Shown: piece after piece, positions 58,843-64,000 of the stretch
How the letters are laid out: the number at the start of each line of letters is the position of its first letter
Numbering within the stretch: the first letter of the stretch is position 1
Assembly (NCBI GenBank): GCA_040222015.1
Contig: JAVJWO010000005.1
Span: 1 to 64,000, forward strand
Source of the DNA: Coleofasciculus chthonoplastes F2-STO-03
GTDB taxonomy: Bacteria; Cyanobacteriota; Cyanobacteriia; Cyanobacteriales; Coleofasciculaceae
Direction: 5' to 3'
DNA: 64,000 nucleotides
Position numbers and translations under genes: made by a program
The notes under the pieces: model-generated
Told to the model about the DNA's origin: nothing
The model's input: the letters and a program-made list of their open reading frames with translations, nothing else
Database searches by the model: none

Positions 58843-59244
58843 CTACTTATTTTTTTGCGCCTGATAGGTCAAAAATTGTTGCAAAACTCCTACCGTTTCA
58901 AAATGGTAAGCGGGCAATAGGGGGCTGATATTAATATCGGTGCGGTAAATGCTGAAAATTACCCAGTTTTGTTGTTCAGTCTGCTGGTCAATAATTTGCT
59001 GAATTTGTGGGCGTCCCGTATCCACTAGGGATTGGCATTGACCTTTAAGGAATTCTGGATCAGGATTGAGAAACTCTAATTGCTTGGGGGTTTGAGTGCA
59101 GACTTCATCTTTGAGGTAGGTGCTGAGTTTTTCGACGGCGTACTCCTCATAGGATTCCTTACCCGGATTCGTCCACGCCAGTCCCACTCCTAGCACAACT
59201 AGCGCTGTTCCACTCAAGGCTGTAATAATTTTTAACGATTTCAT
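58843..59244 (-). CDS. DUF4359-like protein
   Basis: N-terminal TM, TNP..YEEYA, paired Cys residues, N..IFSIYRT and ETVGVLQQF. Confidence 0.75.
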   Translation of the reverse strand: MKSLKIITALSGTALVVLGVGLAWTNPGKESYEEYAVEKLSTYLKDEVCTQTPKQLEFLNPDPEFLKGQCQSLVDTGRPQIQQIIDQQTEQQNWVIFSIYRTDINISPLLPAYHFETVGVLQQFLTYQAQKNK

Positions 59245-59361
59245 GTCACTCCGTTAAGCCTCCATGGGTTATGACTTTCGCCTCTAACGTATGAGTTCCG
59301 GTAAATTGCCAAGAAATACTGGTGCAACTCACCGACTTGATGCTATACTAATAAACCGTAT

Positions 59362-59435
59362 GGCGAGCGTAGCCAAGAGGTTAAGGCAGTGGATTGTGGT
59401 TCCACCATTCGTGGGTTCGAGTCCCATCGTTCGCC
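59362..59435 (+). tRNA. trnH: tRNA-His (GTG)
   Basis: G-1 plus acceptor stem GCGAGCG/CGTTCGC; anticodon arm GTGGA-TTGTGGT-TCCAC; T-loop GGTTCGAGTCC; discriminator C; CCA not encoded. Confidence 0.97.
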
Positions 59436-59498
59436 CTAGTTTCAGAGAATGCAGTTTGCGGCTTCCTTAAACTTTCCTTATTGAAGGTAGTTTCGATC

Positions 59499-59540
59499 AA
59501 GTGATCACTCTTTGAGGTAGGGGAGAGGGAGCGATCACTT
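59499..59540. terminator. Hairpin between tRNA-His and the convergent protease gene
   Basis: AAGTGATCACTC...GAGCGATCACTT inverted repeat. Confidence 0.55.
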
Positions 59541-59971
59541 TATTCGTTGAATCGTGTTGCTTTTGGACTGACTTCAAACTGTAGCTGTGAGCGGTAAAAA
59601 CAAACGTCAAACTCCATAAAGAAGTTGACTTGTCCTAAAATTAGCGGTACATTGGTCGCTTGAGTCCAAGCGAACACAAGTTGTACAGGTTCAAATTGTG
59701 CGATCGCGGCTTGAATAACCACGGCACGAGCTTCATACTGCGCTAAGTTTCCCGTTAAGTTCAAAGTAGTTGTCTGTCGTTCCCACTCATATCCCAGTTC
59801 AACACCGATTGGATAAGGGAGTACATTCACAGTTGCCCCTGTGTCTAGTAAACCGGATGTGGCGACAGACTGTTGCTGATAGAGCAGGGTGATGGGTAAA
59901 TATGGACGAAAGCCAGCTTCACCGAGTACCACATCAGCAGAGATAAAAGGATATCGCTGGGCGTTACGCAT
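59540..59971 (-). CDS. Retropepsin-like aspartic protease
   Basis: RPYLPITL, LLDTGATVNVLP and PLILGQ..FF motifs. Confidence 0.85.
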   Translation of the reverse strand: MRNAQRYPFISADVVLGEAGFRPYLPITLLYQQQSVATSGLLDTGATVNVLPYPIGVELGYEWERQTTTLNLTGNLAQYEARAVVIQAAIAQFEPVQLVFAWTQATNVPLILGQVNFFMEFDVCFYRSQLQFEVSPKATRFNE

Positions 59972-60179
59972 TGTCTTGAGTTTTAGCCTCTTGTAGCACT
60001 TTTAGCATCCTGTCTGCTGCTTCAAATGCATTGTACGGTGACCAAACAGGATAGGATTGGTCAGGTTTGATCAGGTCTGTTTCTTGTTGGGCTAGCTCAG
60101 AGATCAAAACCTGCATGATGTAGAGCTTCTCTGCACGGTTAAGCCCTCGCAGGGTAGTGAGTAATTCGGCTGAAACCAT
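59964..60179 (-). CDS. Small partner protein overlapping the protease gene
   Basis: 71 aa (L..LNRAEKL..Q.L..EL; YPVWSPY). 8-bp overlap with the protease start. Confidence 0.75.
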   Translation of the reverse strand: MVSAELLTTLRGLNRAEKLYIMQVLISELAQQETDLIKPDQSYPVWSPYNAFEAADRMLKVLQEAKTQDNA

Positions 60180-60467
60180 GTCCCGCACTCCATGAGGTTA
60201 GGTATATCTTCCCTATCATATAGTGTTTTAGAGCTGAACGTTTGGACGGGACTTTTACAGAAGCGTTGTGTTAAAACATTTGTAAATCCGATGAGCGATC
60301 CCTTGAATTATCAAATTGAGGCTCTAATGGTGAGTAGTGATGGATATACAAAAATCTTTTGCAGTAGTTGACACCGTTAAAAAAGACTATACCGCAGTTG
60401 GGGTATAATTAGTAGTCATGCGGCAAAGCGAGCAGCTAGTGAATGTTTTGTAAATAGTTTAATCGAA

Positions 60468-60950
60468 GTGGAACCTGTAATAAAAATGCTTTGGGATGTA
60501 GAACCTCAGCAAATGTTGTATGTGACTGCTGCGGTTGCTGTCTACGCGGCAGTACTTTCCACTCTCAATTTTGTAAGGGAACAACGAAAAGATGAAATTC
60601 GGCTTAAAATCACAGCAAAAAATGCACTTTTAGACCCGCCTATGCTTTTGGTCGAATCAATCTACATTGTGAACAATAGTTCCTTTGAAATAGAAATAAC
60701 TTCTCTCGGATTTGCGCTTAATTCGCAGGATAAGTTATTCTTCTTTCCAGATGCCGAGGACTTGCATAAACTACCCGATAGTATTCCGTCTAAAAAATCA
60801 AGAGATTATCTAATTCGAGTGGATAGGATCAAGACCTTGTTGAAGTCTAATGGTATAAATAGGAAAATTAGTCTGAAACCATTTGTGACTGTAAATTCTA
60901 AGCATTTTTATGGCAAGCCTTTTTTGTTTGATCCTGAAGCAACTGTTTAA
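60468..60950 (+). CDS. AT-rich hypothetical protein with an N-terminal TM segment
   Basis: 160-aa ORF with hydrophobic segment YVTAAVAVYAAVLSTL followed by a beta-rich domain. Confidence 0.6.
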   Translation: MEPVIKMLWDVEPQQMLYVTAAVAVYAAVLSTLNFVREQRKDEIRLKITAKNALLDPPMLLVESIYIVNNSSFEIEITSLGFALNSQDKLFFFPDAEDLHKLPDSIPSKKSRDYLIRVDRIKTLLKSNGINRKISLKPFVTVNSKHFYGKPFLFDPEATV

Positions 60951-60964
60951 ATGCTTAGACAATA

Positions 60965-60995
60965 CTAAAAGGGCGCAAGCCTTGCGCCCTTTTAG
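60965..60995. terminator. Bidirectional hairpin terminator
   Basis: CTAAAAGGGCGCAAG-C-CTTGCGCCCTTTTAG between convergent genes. Confidence 0.75.
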
Positions 60996-61066
60996 TTGGG
61001 TGTACCGTTAGCACTTGAGAACCGCAATAGCAATCTTAAATAGATTTTTGCAAAAAAAAGGTTACG

Positions 61067-62902
61067 CTATAAATTACGCTCAATCGCTCGATTCAGATTC
61101 CACGCCGCACTAATTAAAGACACATGGGTAAACGCCTGGGGAAAATTACCCAAGGCTTCACCACTTGATCCCGTTTCCTCCGCATACAATCCTAAATGGT
61201 TGGCATAACTGAGCATCTGCTCAAAAATTAGTCGAGCGCTGTCAAGGCGCTTAGTGTCTACTTTTCCCGCCCTTGTCAACGCCTCAACTAGCCAGAATGT
61301 ACAGAGATTAAACGTTCCTTCTGTTCCCGAAAGACCATCCGGCGCTTCTTCTGGATTATACCGATACACTAAACTATCGGAAACCAGTCCCCCTAGTTCT
61401 GGCGGGGAATTAATCGCATCCAGAGTTTTCAACATGCGAGGATCAGTGGGAGACATAAAGAAAACCAAGGGCATAATCAGATTACTGGCATCTAGGGACG
61501 TGCTACCGTAATATTGAACAAAAGCTTGACGCTCCTCACTCCATCCCTTTGCCATAATTTCTTCATAGATGCGATCGCGTTCCTTAAGCCATCGCTGGTG
61601 ATCCGCCGGAAATGAGCGCTTTTGAGCCAACCGTAAGCCACGATCCAGCGCAACCCAACACATGAGATTAGAGTAAATATAATCCTTGCGTCCCCCGCGT
61701 GTTTCCCAGATTCCTTCATCTTGACGTTGCCAATTATCGCAAACCCAATTCAGTAACCGCCGTAGGGATCGCCACAAGTCATAGGAAATCGGGGTGCCAT
61801 ATTTGTTGAACAAATACACCGAATCCATCAATTCGCCATAAATATCAAGCTGTAACTGCTTATAAGCCCCATTGCCAATCCGAACCGGGTAAGATCCCTT
61901 ATACCCCTCAAGATGATCCAGAATCTCTTCATCAAGATTATGATAGCCATCAATACCATACATAATCTGCAACGGATCATCGGAATCCAACTCCTGACAG
62001 CGATTTTCCAAGAACCGCATGAACTGGGCGGCTTCCTCGGTAAACCCGATACGGAGTAAAGCATACAGGGTAAAGGATGCATCTCGAATCCAGATATAGC
62101 GATAATCCCAATTTCGGGAACCACCAATCATTTCGGGTAAGCTGCAAGTCGGCGCTGCTATAATTGCTCCCGTGGGTTCGTAGGTGAGTAACTTCAACGC
62201 CAGGGCGGAACGTTCCACCGTCTCACGCCATCGACCTTCATAAGTACATTTGCCCATCCAGCGTCGCCAATACGCCACCGTATCGTCAAAGAGTTGCATC
62301 GCTTCTTGATGGCGAAGTGGCAAACTACACCCCCCATCCGTGTCAGTTTCTTGTATCACAAAAACGGCGGTTTGTCCAGACTCTAACGTAAATTCGGTGA
62401 AGACACCGCATTCATCTTGTTTTAAGGGAACATCCGTCACCAATCCCAAACTCAGAGACGGCGACTTAAAACACGCCCCCGTGGATGAGAGAATCGTCTC
62501 GTGGCGATCGCGGGCATAATTAAAAGCAGGATAGCATTCTAAGCGAAACTTCATCTTGCAGCGAACGACTCTTACTTGCCGCACTAACCAGTGATACCCT
62601 TGCTGATTCACAGGCATACCCACAGGCATAAAATCAATAATCTCACCCACCCCACAAGACGCCAAGAAGCGAGTCACCAACACATTCGTTTCGGGCCAAT
62701 ATAACTGTTTATGAGTGACGCCATCCACACAGGGAGCAATCTTAAAATGACCCCCTTTCTCAGCATCCAGTAACGCGGCAAAAACACTCGGGGAATCGTG
62801 TCTGGGAAAGCAAAACCAGTCAATTGAACCCCCTAAGCCAACTAAGGCGGTGGTGTGCATATTGCCGATAATGCCGTAATTCTCGATAGATTGATATGCC
62901 AT
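61067..62902 (-). CDS. Glycoside hydrolase family 15 (trehalase/glucoamylase-like)
   Basis: [46 protein letters not shown] and GNFPQAFTH motifs. Confidence 0.93.
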   Translation of the reverse strand: MAYQSIENYGIIGNMHTTALVGLGGSIDWFCFPRHDSPSVFAALLDAEKGGHFKIAPCVDGVTHKQLYWPETNVLVTRFLASCGVGEIIDFMPVGMPVNQQGYHWLVRQVRVVRCKMKFRLECYPAFNYARDRHETILSSTGACFKSPSLSLGLVTDVPLKQDECGVFTEFTLESGQTAVFVIQETDTDGGCSLPLRHQEAMQLFDDTVAYWRRWMGKCTYEGRWRETVERSALALKLLTYEPTGAIIAAPTCSLPEMIGGSRNWDYRYIWIRDASFTLYALLRIGFTEEAAQFMRFLENRCQELDSDDPLQIMYGIDGYHNLDEEILDHLEGYKGSYPVRIGNGAYKQLQLDIYGELMDSVYLFNKYGTPISYDLWRSLRRLLNWVCDNWQRQDEGIWETRGGRKDYIYSNLMCWVALDRGLRLAQKRSFPADHQRWLKERDRIYEEIMAKGWSEERQAFVQYYGSTSLDASNLIMPLVFFMSPTDPRMLKTLDAINSPPELGGLVSDSLVYRYNPEEAPDGLSGTEGTFNLCTFWLVEALTRAGKVDTKRLDSARLIFEQMLSYANHLGLYAEETGSSGEALGNFPQAFTHVSLISAAWNLNRAIERNL

Positions 62903-62990
62903 TGAATTATGAATGTTTAATGTTCAATTTTGAAGTTTAATCCACCGTCCCTTAATTAAGGAAAAATGACAAATGACAAATGACAAATGA

Positions 62991-64000
62991 CTATTCCCCA
63001 ATTTCCGCCAATTCCAACCAACGTTCTGTGGCTGTATCAATAGTATGAGTCAAGGTTTCTAATTTCTGATAAAGTTCTTGCACCTGATCCACTTTACCAG
63101 GAGATGAATTATACAGCGCTTTCTCCACCTCTGCCTTCTCCGCTTCCAGTTGGGGAATTTTATCCTCTAATTCTTCAAACTCGCGCCGTTCCCAATTAGA
63201 AAGCCGACGCGGTTTTCCATTACCAGGCGATTGCGTTTTTAGGGTTTCCCCATTTGCCGACTTTTCTGATTTCTGTTGCATCTTAGCACTGGCTTCAGCC
63301 GCTGCTGCTGCTTCCGCTTCCTTGTAATCCAGATACACAGAATAGTTACCCGGATACTGACGCAGAATCCCTTCTAATTCTAAGGCAAAAATTTTGTTGA
63401 CGGTGCGATCTAAAAAATAGCGATCGTGAGATACCACAATCACACAGCCATTGAAATTTTCTAGATAATCTTCCAATACCGAAAGCGTTTGTACATCTAA
63501 ATCATTGGTCGGTTCGTCCAAAATTAGCACATTGGGAGCGCTCATTAAGACGCGCAACAAAAATAGGCGGCGCTTTTCTCCCCCAGACAGTTTATGAATA
63601 GGAACATATTGTTGATTCGGTGGAAACAGAAAACGCTCTAACATTTGTGATGCCGTAATCAGCGTTCCATCCCCAGCTTGCACATATTCTGCCACTTCTT
63701 TGAGGTAATCAATCACTCGTTGATTTTGATTGCTTGCCGTTAGTAAATGATCAGAATGCTGATCAAAATAGCCGATATGAATCGTTGCGCCAATGTCAAC
63801 CTCACCTGAATCTGGCTCAATCCGCCCAGTGATAATATCCATTAACGTGGATTTACCACTACCATTTTCGCCAATAATGCCAACCCGATCATCGGGACTA
63901 AATTCGTAGGTAAATTCTTGGATTAACGTGCGATCGCCGTACCCCTTGGAGACATTCTCTAACTCAATGACTTTCTTGCCAATCCGACGACTGGCTGTGG
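62991..64000 (-). CDS. ABC-F ATP-binding protein (Uup-like), 3' part; continues beyond the window
   Basis: GENGSGKS, LSGGEKRR, LDEPTNDLD, VSHDRYFL and a C-terminal coiled coil ending ERWLEL. Confidence 0.92.
   Translation of the reverse strand, partial: TASRRIGKKVIELENVSKGYGDRTLIQEFTYEFSPDDRVGIIGENGSGKSTLMDIITGRIEPDSGEVDIGATIHIGYFDQHSDHLLTASNQNQRVIDYLKEVAEYVQAGDGTLITASQMLERFLFPPNQQYVPIHKLSGGEKRRLFLLRVLMSAPNVLILDEPTNDLDVQTLSVLEDYLENFNGCVIVVSHDRYFLDRTVNKIFALELEGILRQYPGNYSVYLDYKEAEAAAAAEASAKMQQKSEKSANGETLKTQSPGNGKPRRLSNWERREFEELEDKIPQLEAEKAEVEKALYNSSPGKVDQVQELYQKLETLTHTIDTATERWLELAEIGE

Noticed and set aside
59436..61060. tRNA-His-anchored integrative element
   Set aside because: No integrase and no duplicated tRNA 3' end (att repeat) were found.
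725..62127. Numerous 60-170 aa ORFs antisense or out of frame within long genes
   Set aside because: They are shadow ORFs of well-supported CDSs and have no motifs or RBS support.

Overview
Chromosomal window of a filamentous cyanobacterium. It has abundant HIP1 octamers (GCGATCGC), GTCATTT/GTCATTC heptamer tandem repeats and GTAG-type palindromic REPs, which resemble those of Coleofasciculus/Oscillatoriales (inference). The backbone is housekeeping and signalling: a radical SAM protein, rbp, an ABC1 kinase, recN, a CyaB-type adenylate cyclase, glgP, psbI, an LptD-like protein, RsbU/RsbW-like proteins, queG, gatA, tRNA-His, a GH15 and an ABC-F. The most notable feature is a ~6.06 kb island (22.6-28.8 kb) bounded by a 126-bp direct repeat (1 mismatch) and carrying a diverged 34-bp remnant of the glgP 3' end. 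It encodes a DpgA-like type III PKS, DpgB- and DpgD-like crotonases, a CoA-acylating aldehyde dehydrogenase, an O-methyltransferase-family protein and a TerB-like protein. No DpgC or aminotransferase is present in the window, which suggests a rerouted 3,5-dihydroxyphenylacetyl-CoA pathway with an unknown product. Other accessory features are two internally deleted IS200/IS605 OMEGA elements (one tnpB; one iscB with its omegaRNA, sitting directly before a host start codon ATGAA), a decayed CHAT-protease three-gene module broken at REPs, a TpsA-CHAT-DUF928 cluster, a tandem PIN-PIN remnant and a retropepsin two-gene module beside tRNA-His. All family calls come from motif recognition; no database searches were run.
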